From Balanoglossus misakiensis (lineage: Eukaryota; Animalia; Hemichordata): a DNA stretch of 64,000 bases. The DNA lies in the NCBI GenBank assembly GCA_040954595.2, contig CM082590.2:5270001-5334000 (forward strand). The letters are read 5' to 3'. Made by a program: the position numbers and the translations under genes. The notes beneath the pieces were generated by a model. It was not told the DNA's origin. It saw only the letters and a program-made list of their open reading frames with translations, and ran no database searches. Every line of letters begins with the position of its first letter. Within the stretch, counting starts at the first letter, position 1. Shown piece after piece: positions 13,164-26,852 of the stretch.

Positions 13164-15849
13164 TTAAAGATTAAATACATATATACTGTTTATTGTTTTG
13201 GCTTTATGGCATACCGAAACCACTCAACACATTTTATAACACAGAATGTTTTAGTTGGTAGAGAAATACCCCGCCATTCAAACACATAATCAAGCAGGAT
13301 AGAAACACTTCTCAAACAGATCGCGATAAAGTCAGGATTATCATGAGCTAGAATTCATACAGCTGTTTTGCATTTGAACACATTGACGTAAAATATCCCC
13401 AACTGTACAGTTTCTGCGTTGCCAGAAGAGACCATGTTTTATTTTTCATGTTTAGAATTAATCAATTATTCATCGGCCAGTTACAGAGTTGACGAAACGG
13501 AGCCAATCAGAATGTACGTCTCACAAATGTGTTCACATATAAATTAAACCGTTACTTGTCGAGTACTATTCTATTTCGACTGCAGATCGCTGTCTTACGT
13601 GAATGTTGCATGATTGATTTGGGGTTTCTTGCTACTCCGTTTCGGCTTTCTTGACATGCTCAGTCGAGCAGTTAGGACTGTGCTCGAACAAGTAAATGAT
13701 GTAACTAGTGCCCCGTCTGAAGTCAATCAGAGACTTTGTTTTACCAATGATTGGACAAAGGATATACATATGTGTTTTTTAAATTCAAGTTAGCCCTGCC
13801 TTCACTATAACCTTACACCCAATCACCATTGTACAGTTTATGTGAGTGACTTCAAGGGGACGCTGGTAACATCACAACTCCCAACAAAGGGTATCGGGGG
13901 TTGAAGCTAGACGTTGTTTTGGAAGCAGAGCGGACAAAATACGGCTGGATACTAGACTAGTGTCAGCATGGCCACGGAAAATGTCCTCAGAATTTCAGTA
14001 GATTTTCTATTAAATATCGTTAATGTTGTAAAGAAATTGCAGTTGATATATTATCGAACATTTATGGAATTTTCTGTAAGGGGTGCACCACTTTGCAACG
14101 TAACAAAAAGTGTCGCGATGCAATGTGAACTTGTTCTTTTAAAACAAAAATAAAGCAAATACTTCCACAAATTACAATGATCATTCATTAAAATAATGTT
14201 TTAGATAGTCAGGATATCAACTGAAAATTTACTTTTGCCAGCCAATCATCATTATTTTATAAATGTCAATTAAATTCAAGAAGACTCATGGCATCATTTC
14301 AAACTATTAATTCCTACATACAAACTAATAATTGGCAAATTCACTAACTTTAGTCTTATTACACTTACCGCCGAGTTCTGAATGACACGCCGTCAAAGCC
14401 ACTGGACGTCGACCTGCATACACGGTCAGAATATTCGCTGAATGACAGAGCAGACAACTTTAAAGGAACCGCATTGATAACAGCGCCACTTTGCACGGTT
14501 TATTGCTGTTCACCACTGCCTTGCACAAATGGAATTCAACCGAAACCACTCGACGTCATTTATTGCAGCTAGTGTTTACCTTTACACACACAAAATACCC
14601 CTGCTGTAAACTATCAGCATAAAGTTTAAGTCTTAACTTTTCTTCTTCTATATGAAATGCAAGTATGAATTTTATCAACTGTTTTGTAATGCAAATTGTC
14701 CATTCTTTTGTGCATATATGTGTTGGAATGTATTAGCGTAGCAGGGGGGGGGGGCATCTCTTAACGATTAAATACTGTTTAATCTATTGACTTTATGCGT
14801 ATAAACTTTGGCGGAAACCACTCAACACACTTAATATGTAGCACATAATGTTTGTTTAGTCGGCAGAAGAACACTCCACCACAATCAAGTAACATACAAA
14901 CATTTTTCAACCAGATCACGATAAAGTCAGGAATTATCGTGAGCTACAGCTGTTTGGCAAAATATTGTCGCCTTTAGACTTTAGAGGAACAATTTGTGAG
15001 TTGCCAAAAGAGGCCGTGGTTTATTTCGCATGTGTTTAATTATTTATCGGGCAATTCAAGCGCTGGCGAAACGGAACCAATCAGAGCGTGCGTCTCATAA
15101 ATGTATCGAAATGCAAATTTTAACCGTTTGATACAACAATACACAATGAATTCCATCAGTATAACATAAGATACAAAATCTGAGAGGGAAATGACAGAAT
15201 ATATTTGTGTGAGGCCACTTGTGTGTGCGGGCCATTATAAGACTAAATTTAGAACAGTTATTAGAGCCCTTGACAAGTGATTTTTCCCCCTGCCAAGCAC
15301 CCACCTTATCAGGCTGCATTCAATATTACATGAGCAAAACAGTTCAGCATTTCACTTTGGTGTTTGCAAATTGTTCCTTTCACCCATATACCAAACCACT
15401 GTTCTCCAAACATGCTGCTCATCATCCACTACACACTGAGAGAGCAGCAAGTGTCCTTGACGCTATTTTTTGATATACCTGTTTAGATAATTTTACCATA
15501 GGATAACTATAGCTTGAGGTGTGCAAAAATGCTGACTGAAAACGTAGGATGGGAACACTTTTTTCACTCTTCATGCTTAAATTCAAAATATACAAGAAAT
15601 ATGTGGTTACGGGTACCTGGAGGAATAATAGGCGATATAATCTCTACCATGTTGTTTCATGAGTCATTGAACTGACCCATCAGGAAATTAAACTGACAAG
15701 TTTATTACTTTTTTGCCTTTAAAATACATCAACAGTTTTCAAGATAAGAAATTGCGGTACTCATAGCTATCATCACTTGTTGATGTGGTCAGTGGGGGAA
15801 ACATTATAAGTTATGTATTTTGATGGTTTGCTGTAACCCGGATTACAGC

Positions 15850-17071
15850 AATTATCATACATGCAACGCCCGTATTTGGCACTTTCTATTGTTCTCGCCC
15901 TGAAGATATTTTATGGTATTTCACTCGGCGCAATATATCTTCACTCCGCGTCTCGAACTATTTTTGAGAACGCGCTGAAATCATCACACAGAGTTGCCTC
16001 TCAAGAGCGCGCCCTCAATGACCTTTGGCTTTTCAGAGACGCGGTCAAGAGGTCTCTCTAAATCCGTTTCGTTCAACCAATGAGAGCGCTGAAGTGGCGT
16101 TCGTTTTAGGGGAAGGTAACTGATTCGTCAATGGCGTTCCACCGGAAGTATCACCATGGTTGCCTACTTACTTCAGGATTTCATTTTTATAGATCGATCG
16201 CCAAAAATTGAGATAATTGGAATTATTTTACACGTAATCATAATTTACGAGTACAAGTGTCGTTTGTTGTTCTGAACGTCTGTTCTACACGTATGCCCCG
16301 TCACTTGACAAGGACGTTACGCGTACTGATCGAACGTGCACGCGATCCATGCACGCGATGGAACTTCTGTCTGGCATATTAGCCAATCATATGAAGCAAC
16401 ATCTTGCATGGTACTAGCCAATCACAGCACGAGCTCAAACGGATTTGGAGAGACGTCTTGCACCGCGTCTCTGAAAATCCAAAGGTCATTGACGGCGCCC
16501 TCTGGAAAGGCAACACACAGAGTTGACTGTTGTGATCGGCGCGACAGTTCGCTGCGCGTGCGAACGACGTACGGGGCAAAGGACACTTGTGGAGAGGGGT
16601 GATGTAAAATCGGTTAATAGAAGCTGTAATAACGTTTTTAAAGCTGGCGGTTTTGCCATGTTGAATGTATCATTTTTACGCCATCGAAATTGTCAATGCA
16701 AAATAATTGTTAACATGATATTTTGAAAGAGAACGTAGACAATTTTTTTTAGAATGCGGATGTGCCCATCGTAATGAAAGCTGCCAACCCCCTTAAAATG
16801 ATACTACGGCCCACACGTCATACGTCACAACATGGCTACTGCCGTGATCCCAGGGCGCCCGGTTCAAATTTGAAATTGTTTTTCTCGGCGCATTTTCGCA
16901 AATCGTACTGTTTTATAGGTAGGCATGTATGATAAAGGGGTTATTACACGAATTTTGGTCGATAACGCGACGCATTCTCATGATGTCCGTATTCTCGTGA
17001 TGTCCGTAAATAAGGAAATCACTCGAATACGACGCGTTATCGACCAAATTCGTGTAATAACCCCTAATTAT
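15850..17071 (+). mobile_element. Crypton-like non-autonomous element (asymmetric inverted repeat plus terminal hairpin)
   Basis: AATTAT direct repeat at 15850-55 and 17066-71. Empty site CAATTATTAATCAGC at ~9561 and ~19209. TTATCATACATGC (15852) pairs with GCATGTATGATAA (16923). Long hairpin 16936-17065. Confidence 0.65.
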
Positions 17072-20026
17072 TAATCAGCAGTCAGAATCTTTCGACAACA
17101 AAACCTCTGGAAAAGAAGTTTGCTGCCAGGGTGGAAAGAAATTAAAAGTTCCACCCCTAACTATAAAATTCCGCACAATGGGGGAATTGAAGAGGCTTAT
17201 CAATCTATAATTTGTAAAGTGAGACATATTTGAAGCCCCATGAGCTGCCAAATTCCACATTAATTCTCACAATAAAATACATAAAATCTTTTCCCTATAT
17301 CTCTATTACAATTTGCACCATCAAGGCACACTACTTGCATACCACAATAGTTGTGTACTCTTTGCATGGAGGCAGATTAAAACAGGCATGGCACCCATTT
17401 AATATATCAGTTGTTCAAATTGCAACATCGAGCCGAAATATGGCGTCGATAAGATGTTTATGTATACCTATAAGTTTAATCTTATTTAGATGGACCAATC
17501 TGAAGTTGGAAAGTAAAATCCTGAAAATAATGTAAAAGTCGCAGCTCTTGAGGATTTAAACAAGGGCAATTGATACATGACCCACAACACACGCACCGAT
17601 AAGACTCAGTATAAGAAACGCGTTGGCAAACATTGACCAGTTGTCATAAAACTGTCGGTAAATTGTATTGCTCTTATCACTAGAGAATAGCCTTCACCTG
17701 CATCTGATTACATGTTGGAGTCAGTGATACTCCATGTGTACGAGTGTCTAGTGTGTAATTGTTATCAGCACCGCTCAACTGCATTCATACTTTTTAAATT
17801 AAAACTTAAACTTTGACTATTGTTCCTATTAGCCAACACCGATTGAATTGTTGTTCATATCAGCGCGTTCACACTCACTCATGTACTAAGTAAAGAAGTG
17901 AAAATGACATCCCTGCCCGTACAAGAAAATAAGTTTGGCCTTCCATTCATGAGGTTTCTGTGACTATTCTTTAGGTATTGTTGTTCTAAGTATTTTTTTG
18001 GATAATCTTTGAAGCTTATTAACATGCTGTCTGTTATCTTGGTGTGTACAGGTACGTATCAGAAGCGATTTACTTTGGGTCTTAAAGATTAAATACTATT
18101 TGTCCTATTGGCCTTACGCGTATAGACTTTGACGGAAACCACGCAACACACTTAATATATAGCACAGGGTGTTTGTTTAGTCGGCAGAAAAAACACTCCA
18201 CCACAATCAAGTAGCTACAAACATTGTTCAACCAGATCGCGATAAAGTCAGGAATTATCGTGAGCTACAGCTGTTTGGCAATATATTGTCGCAACCATGG
18301 CCCCTTTAGAGCAACAGTTTCTGACTTGCCAAAAGAGGCAGTCGTTTATTTCGCATTTTTTAAATTCTTCATCGGGCAATTCAAGCGCTGGCAAAACGGA
18401 ACCAATCAGAGCGTGCATCTCATAAATGTATCGAAATGCAAATTTTAACCGTTTGATATAACAATACACAATGAATTTCATCAGTATAACATAAGATACA
18501 AAATCTGAGAGGGAAATGACAGAATATATTTGTGTGCGGCCATTTGTGTGTGCGGGCCATTTTTAAGACTAAATTTAAAATAGTTATTAGAGCCCTTGAC
18601 AAGTGGTTTTTCCCCCTGCCAAGCACCCACCTTATCAGGCTGCATTCAATATTACATGAGCAAAACAGTTCAGCATTTCACCTTGGTGTTTGCAAATGGT
18701 TTCTTTCACCCATATACCAAACCACTGTTCTCCAAACATGCTGCTCATCATCCACTACACACTGAGAGAGCAGCAAGTGTCATTGACGCTATTTTTTGAT
18801 ATAGCTGTTTAGATAATTTTACCATAGGAAAACTATAGCTTGAGGTGTGCAAACATGCTGACTGAAAACGTAGGATGGGAACACTTTTTTCACTCTTCAT
18901 GCGTAAATTCAAAATATACAAGATATATGTGGTTTGACGGGTCCCATACAAAATGTAGAGCGGAATACAAAGGGTCCCTGGAGGAACGATAGGCGATATA
19001 ATCTCTACCACGTTGTTTCATGAGTCACTGGACTGACCCATCAGGAGACTAAACTGGCCAGTTTATTACTTTTTGCCTTTAAAACATATTAACAGTTTTC
19101 AAGATTAGAAATTCCGGTACTCATAGCTATCATCACTTGTTGATGTGGTCAGTGGGGGAAACATTATAAATTATGTATTTTGATGGTTTGCTGTAACCCG
19201 GATTACAACAATTATTAATCAGCAGTCAGAATCTTTCAGCACAAAAACCTCTGGAAAAGAAGTTTGCTGCCAGGGTGGAAATAAATTAAAAGTCCCACCC
19301 CTAACTATAAAATTCCGCACAAAGGGGGAATTGAAGAGGCGTCTAGACTTTGTAAAGTGAGACATATTTGAAGCCCCATGAGCTGCCAAATTCCACATTA
19401 TTTCTCACAATAAAATACATAAAATCTTCTCCCTATATCCCCATTACAATTTGCACCATCAAGGCACACTACTTGCATACCACAATAGTTGTGTACTCTT
19501 TGTATGGAGGCAGATTAAAACAGGCATGGCACCCATTTAATATATCAATTGTTCAAATTGCAACATCGAGCCGAAATATGGCATCGATAAGATGTTTATG
19601 TATACCTACAAGTTTAATCTTATTTAGATGGACCAATCTAAAGTTGGAAAGTAAAATTATGAAAATAATGCAAAAAAGTGGCAGCTCTGGAGGATTTAAA
19701 GAAGGGCAATTGACATATGACCCGCAACAAACGCACTGATAAAAACGGCAGTATAAGACCCACGTTGGCAAACATTGACCAGTTGTCATAAAACTGTCGC
19801 GGTAAATTTTATTGCTCTTATCAACAGAGAATGGCCTTCACCTGCATCTGATTACATGTTGGAGTCAGTGAGACTCCATGTGTACCAGTGTCTAGTGTGC
19901 AATTGCTATCAGCACCGCTCAACTGCATTCATACTTTTTTAATTGAAACTTAAACTTTGACTATTGTTCCTATTAGCCAACATCATTTGAATTGTTGTTC
20001 ATATCAGCGCGTTCACACTCACTCAT

Positions 20027-20448
20027 TAGACTCTATGGCAGTCGCTGTGCCTGTCGATAAGGAATTCATGGAACTTTCGTACGACGCGCCGCCAGGCAAA
20101 GCGACTGTACGTTTCTGCACACATATATTTGATATGAATATTCATGAGCGGCGTTAATTTGCATGTAGAACATCTAGAAGCGCACAAAAATCGCGATAAC
20201 GCCCAAAAATGCGTATTCTGTACCTGGTATGTACGCGTATAGAACTCATGTTGACACGACGCTAATTTGATTGACAGACATATGAGGTTCGAATGTTCTC
20301 CGCTACTTACCAAAATCTGGTAAAACCACTTGAGGGCGTTTACAGAATCGGCAAGACTGTGTGATTAGCGTCGCGTCCACAGAACGTTCTATACGTAACG
20401 CAGACGCGCATTTCATTTTCAGTATCACACAGTCTTGGAGCAAGACTA
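20027..20448. mobile_element. AcademH-like non-autonomous DNA transposon
   Basis: TAG...CTA termini and a 10-bp TSD ACTCACTCAT (20017-26, 20449-58). Empty sites at ~10381 and ~17873. Confidence 0.7.
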
Positions 20449-23400
20449 ACTCACTCATGTACTAAGTAAAGAAGTGAAAATGACATCCCTGCCCGTACAA
20501 GAAAATAAGTTTGGCCTTCTATTCATGAGGTTTCTGTGACTATTCTTTAGGTATTGTTGTTCTAAGTATTTTTTATTTTGGATAATCTTTGAAGCTTATT
20601 AACATGCTGTCTGTTCAGCTTGGTATGTACAGGTACGTATCAGAAGCAATTTACTTTGGGTCTTAAAGATTAAATACTGCTTGTTTTATTGGCCCTACGC
20701 GTATAGACTTTGACTGAAACCACTCACCTCACTTAATATATAGCACAGGGTGTTTGTTTAGTCGGCAGAAAAACACTCCACCACAATCAAGTAACATACA
20801 AACATTTTTCAACAAGATCACGATAAAGTCAGGAATTATCGTGAGCTACAACTGTTTGTCGCAACCATGGCCCCTTGTGAGCAACAGTTTCTGAGTTGCC
20901 ACAAGAGGCCGTTGTTTATTTCGCATGTTTTTAATTATACTAGTTTAGTATCTAGCCGTATTTTGTCCGCTTTGCTTTCAAAATTATGTCTAGAGTCATG
21001 CATGCTACTACATGCCACTGGCCCAATAAAACCTGGGAATTGTGATGTAACTAGTGACCCTCTGAAGTCAATCCCAGACTGTTTTTCCTAGGATTGGACA
21101 AATAATATACATGTGTGTAATTAAGCATGGGTAAAATGTTTAATTAGCCCCACCTTCACTATAATCTAACGCCCAATCACCAGTGTTCAGTTTATGTGAT
21201 TGACTACAAGGGGACGCTAGTTACATCACAACTTCTAGACTATTCGAGTGCTGGCGAAATGGAACCAATCAGAACGTGCGTCTCATAAATGTATCGAAAT
21301 GCAAATTTTAACAGTTACTTTGCCTTGCCGATTGGTATTATTTTTTTCTACCGCAGATCGTTGTCCTGCGTGAGTGTTGGGTGATTGATGGTGATTCGCT
21401 GCTCTGTTTCGGCGATGGTGTAAATAACAGTCGAGGAGTGACCGTGTGTAAATCCTTTTGCCCGTGTCCGCTTATTATCCGGAGACTTCAGTGGAGTCGC
21501 TCAGGTCTGACTGTCAAAAGGACACCGCTCGAACAAGTATGCAGTCAATCATGACATATTGAGTAGAATATTGTATTTCAAGGGGTATTATTTTTTAGAA
21601 AATTGGGCCAGGACAGGCATACATTTCAGGCCCAGTCAGACGAAATTGTGTCTACAGCACATTATATAGCTATGTCAGCCCAGCTGTCACATATATTGTC
21701 AAAGGCTGGCGCCATACCTGCGTCACCTTGAAGGAACTCATGTCGGGTCAGAGGTCATCATTCATTTATATTGCATGACTCCTGTCTGCCATGTTTATAG
21801 AAGCACTGTCAGAATGACTACAAAGTACCACAGGCATGTATTTCAACATGTGTTTATCTCAAGCTAGGACCTGCTGCTAATAAAAAGTTAGTTTACAACA
21901 AATCAGCGAAAGGTTTAAATACGTGTAACCAGAAAAATTATAAATAAAATGTCGTGATGAGAGACCGGGACTTCTCTGTTTTTTGTCACACGTTGGATAA
22001 CCGCGCGTGTATTGAAAAAAAATTAACTTAAACATTAACTAGGTCTTGAGACGGATAAACGCCAACTTGAAGTAGGTTAATTTAAGTTTACATTTAATAT
22101 CCATAAATTATAAGACCCACATTGACAAACAATTTTAGACAGGTCAATCCAATTTTTGATTTCCATCCCTATACTACTCTTGTCCTCCCTCTTCTCGCTA
22201 ACGAGTCAATCAGATTCAATGCCCCAACACGTGTAATGTAGATAAGCAATTGCTTGCAGTTATTATTGTCATAGAGAATGGCCTTCATCAACACCTTCAT
22301 CTGATTATATTTGGAGTCAGTGAGATTACATGTGTAACAGTGTTAATTGTGTCATCTTTATCAGCACCGTTCATTCGCATTAATCCTTTTCGACTAGGAT
22401 TTATTAAAACCTAGACCAGTATTCATAAAATTGTCAGCCAATATTGATTTTATTGCTGTTATCAGCGCTCTCTCAGTGGTACGAAGTAAAGGAGTATGGG
22501 GGATGTTTGTGACCTGGCCACTATAAAATGTATTCATAAATTAGACCTTTCAGCTATGATGTTTGGGACTATATGTACATCGAGAATTGTTGTTGTGGAT
22601 ATTCCGATCCGTGGAATCCGTTTTGAAATTAATTGTCATACAAACAATCTATTCAGCTTGTAATCAGAAGAAATTTACTTTGGGTCTTAAAAATTAAATA
22701 CATATATACTGTTTATTGTTTTGGCTTTATGGCATACCGAAACCACTCAACACATTTTATAGCACAGAATGTTTTAGTTGGTAGAGAAATACTCCGCCAT
22801 TCAAACACACAATCAAGCAGCATAAAGAAACACTTCTCAACCAGATCGCGATAAAGTCAGGATTATCATGAGCTAGAATACATACAGCTGTTTTACATTC
22901 AACACATTGACGTAAACTATCCCCCCCATTGTACAGTTTCTGCGTTGCCAGAAGAGACCATGTTTTATTTCTAATATTTAGAATTAATCAATCATTCTTC
23001 AGCCAGTTACAGAGTTGACGAAACGGAGCCAATCAGAATTTACGTCTCACAAATGTGTTCACATATAAATTAAACCGTTACTTGTCCAGTTCTATTCTAT
23101 TTCGACTGCAGATCGCTGTCTTATGTGAATGTTGCATGATTGATTTGGGGTTTTGTGCTACTCCGTTTTCTTGGCAAGCTCAGTCGAGCAGTGATGACTG
23201 TGTTCTAACCAGTACAACGGTAAAACCTGACACGTTAAGTAGCTTCATGAGTGTGAGTACACATATGTTCCACAGTAGATTGCATCAGGGACACACTGTA
23301 CTGTCTACAGAATCGCGTGTCAGAATAGTCTAGTATCTAGACGTATTTTGTCTGCTTTGCTTCCAAAACTACGTCTAACTTCAATCATGCCACTGGCCAA

Positions 23401-26400
23401 ATAAAACCTCATACATTGTTTTGGAAGCAAGGCGGACAAAATACGGCTAGATACTAGACTAGTGTCTGCATGGCCATGGAAAAAGTCCTCAGAAATTCGG
23501 TAGATTTTCTATTTTCTGAGAATTTCCATTTGCCAGCCAACATCATAATTTTATAATGTCAATTAAATTCAAAATATTAATTCCTACATACAAACTAATA
23601 ATTGGCAAATTAGATAACTTTAGTCTTATTACACTTACCGCCGAGTTCTGAATGACACGCCGTCAAAGCCACTGGACGTCGACCTGCAAACACGGTCAGA
23701 ATAGTCGCAGTATGACAGAGCAGACAACTTTAAGGGAACCGCATTGATAACAGCGTCACTTTGCATGGTTTATTGCTGTTCACCACTGCCTTGCACCAAT
23801 AGAATTCAACTGAAACCACTCGACAACATTTATTGCAACTAGTGTTTACCTTTACACACACAAAATACCCCTGCTGTAAACTATCAGCACATAAAGTTTA
23901 AGTCTGGAGTTTTTTCTTGTCTATAAAATGCAAGTATGAAGTTTACCAGCTGTTTTGTAATGCAAATTGTCCATTCTTTTGTGCATATATGTGTTGGAAT
24001 GTATTAGCGTAAGGGGGGGGGGGCATCTCTTAACGATTAAATACTGTTTAATCTATTGGCTTTATGCGTATAGACTTTGGCGGAAACCACTCAACACACT
24101 TAATATATAGCACAGAATGTTTGTTTAGTCGGCAGAAAAACACTCCACCACAATCAAGAAACATACAAACATTTTTCAACCAGATAACGATAAAGTCAAG
24201 AATTATCGTGAGCTACAGGTCATACAGCTGTTTGGCAAAATATTGTCGCAACAATGGCCCCTTTCGAGCACTACATCTTCTTTTTAAAATCTCGAATAAA
24301 TTCAAGAATATATGTGGCATCATCTCCAACTTCCACAAACAAACTAATAATTGCAACATTAGCTGACTTTAGTCTTGAACTGAATACACTCAACATAGAA
24401 TTCTGAATGGCACGCCGTCATCGCCACTGGACGTCGACCTGCATACACGGTCAGAAAACTTGCTGAATGACAGCCCAAACAACTTTGATAACAACGCCGC
24501 TTTGCAAGGTTTATTGCTTTCCACACGTGCCTCCCATAAATGGAACCACTCGACGTCATTTATTGCAACCAGTGTTTACCTTTACGCACGGAAAAACACC
24601 CCAACAAGCCTCACACAGATCTCAGCCTCGGACCCCAGACAAATGTTTTCGACTCTCTAAGAAATGAACTGCGACGTTTTTCCACGTGTTATACATTTTT
24701 TTGACCGGTGGACAGAATACAGAGTTTGAGTCGTCCCGCTCAGCCGACTCGAAACCATTCTCGTAACTTCCGTAAGCCTAATATCAAGTCTGCTAGCTCG
24801 CTCGGGACCAGGCTCGCCAGCTGCAAGCACACATTCACGATCGTAGCGTCGACTTTTCAAACTCTACGTTTCTCGTATTGATTTTACCCATATTCTCATG
24901 GAACCGTCATTTTTATTTCAATTATGTACAACCACGGGTACAAGCACTTGTTATTCCGTTTTACAAGAAAGTTACAGCGACGGCCGAATCAGCGAAAATA
25001 ATTCCGGTTGATGACGTAGAACAGGGGGTAAATTCTGATTTTTCATTCGACCTGTTCTACGGCACACAGGTAGCTAAATGGGCCAGTTCGTGTGATAAAC
25101 TATAAAATTCAGCGCAAAGAGGGAACTGAAGAGGCTTATCAATCAAGAATTTGTGAGGCGATATATGTTTGAAGGGCAATTGACACATGACCCACAACAC
25201 ACGCACTGATAAGAACAACAGTATGAGACCCACGTTGACAAACAGTTCTAGACAGGTCAGGCCAATTTTTGTTTTCCATCCCTGTACCATGTTGTCCCCT
25301 CTCTGGGCGCACACCAAGTCAACCGGTTACAACGCCCTCACATGTGCAACGAATGTAAATGTTTTTTGTTCGGCAACTGCTTGCAGAATCTGGCCTACAC
25401 CTTCATCTGATGACAATTGCAGTCAGTGAGACTCCATGTGTGCCAGTGTTAATTGTGTCATCTTTATCACCACCGTTCATCCACATTAGTTCTTTTGACT
25501 AAAATTGATTAAAACATAGACCAGCCTCTATTCATTCTTATCAGCGCTCTCCCACTGGTACTGAGTAAATGAGTATGGAGGGCATCCGTTCCATCACATT
25601 ACCACTACAAAATTAATTCACACATTTGACCTTCCAGCTATGATGTTTTGGACTATATACATCAAGTATTGTTTTTGTTGATATTCCAATCTGGTGATTT
25701 GTTTTTGAATTAATTGTGATACAGCCTATTCAGCTTGTAATCAGAAGCAACTTACTCTAGGTCGTAAAGATTAAATACTGTTTGTCCTATTAGATTTATG
25801 GCATTCGAAACCACGCAACACATTTAATATGTAGCTCAGAATGTTTGTTTAGTTCAAACACACAATCAAGCAGCATAAAGAAACACTTCTCAACCAGATC
25901 ATGATAAAGTCAGGATTATCATGAGCTAGAATTCAAACGGCTATTTGCCATGGATTTACAACAACAAACACAAAGATGGGTTTGGCAGTTAAGTCAGTGA
26001 TTTATTGAACAATAAACTGTCAACAGTAAAGCAGTACACCAAATATCATAGACAAGAAACCAGAAAAGGATTAGCAAGCTGAAGGAAACATGCAGAGATA
26101 AAAACACAAACGACATAGAAATGAGCAAGAGAAAGTGGAACAAACAAGATGGGGATGAGGTGGGTAGGTGACAAAATGAAACAGCTCCCAAGATGGCTGG
26201 AAGCCAACGTGAGGCTTATCTTACTGAGATGTGATAGAGGGCACTAGACCAAGCTGATGATGTTGCGATATATTCTAGTATTCAGATTATGGAACAGAGA
26301 TGTAAATTACACAAAATTATTACACCAATACATCGTCTTAAACCACGGCCCCTTTACGGCAACATTTTCTGAGATGCCAGAATAGGCGGTGGTTTTATTC

Positions 26401-26852
26401 GCAGTTTTAAAATTATTAATCGGTCAGTTCCAGCACTGGCGAAACTGCGTCTCATTAATATATGTACATGTAAATTAAACTGTCACTTTGCCTACAGCCG
26501 AGTATTTTGATTTATACTTCAGATCGCTGTCCTGCGTGGGTGTTGGGTGATTGATGGTGATTCGCTGCTCTGTTTCGGCCTTGGTGTAAATCACAGTCGA
26601 GGATTGACCGTGTGTAAATCTTTTTGCTCGTGTCCGCTTATTATCCGGAGACTTCAGTGGAGTCGCTCAGGTCTGACTGTCAAAAGGACACCGCTAGCAC
26701 AAGTATGCAGTAAATCATGACAGGTTAAGTAGCTCCATGAGTAAACACAAGTACTACATTAGATTACATCTGAGACACATTGCACTGACTACATGATCAT
26801 GTGTCTGCATGGCCACGCAATTGACAATTTACATACAGGTAAAAACGAATAA

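Larger units (their letters stand above)
9418..26830. repeat. Multi-level tandem segmental duplication (about 9418-14970 ~ 19066-24250; about 14760-18450 ~ 18080-20900; older diverged copies to ~26830)
   Basis: The TTACTTTTTGCCTTTAAAA block recurs at ~9418, 15705 and 19066. Duplicated ORF-track peptides (10818/20867, 15219/18596, 17230/19368). Boundaries are approximate. Confidence 0.85.

Noticed and set aside
25057-25440. Decayed ORF shared by the duplicated modules (e.g. DLSRTVCQRGSHTVVLISAC)
   Set aside because: No frame is consistently open between copies and I cannot assign a family without a search.
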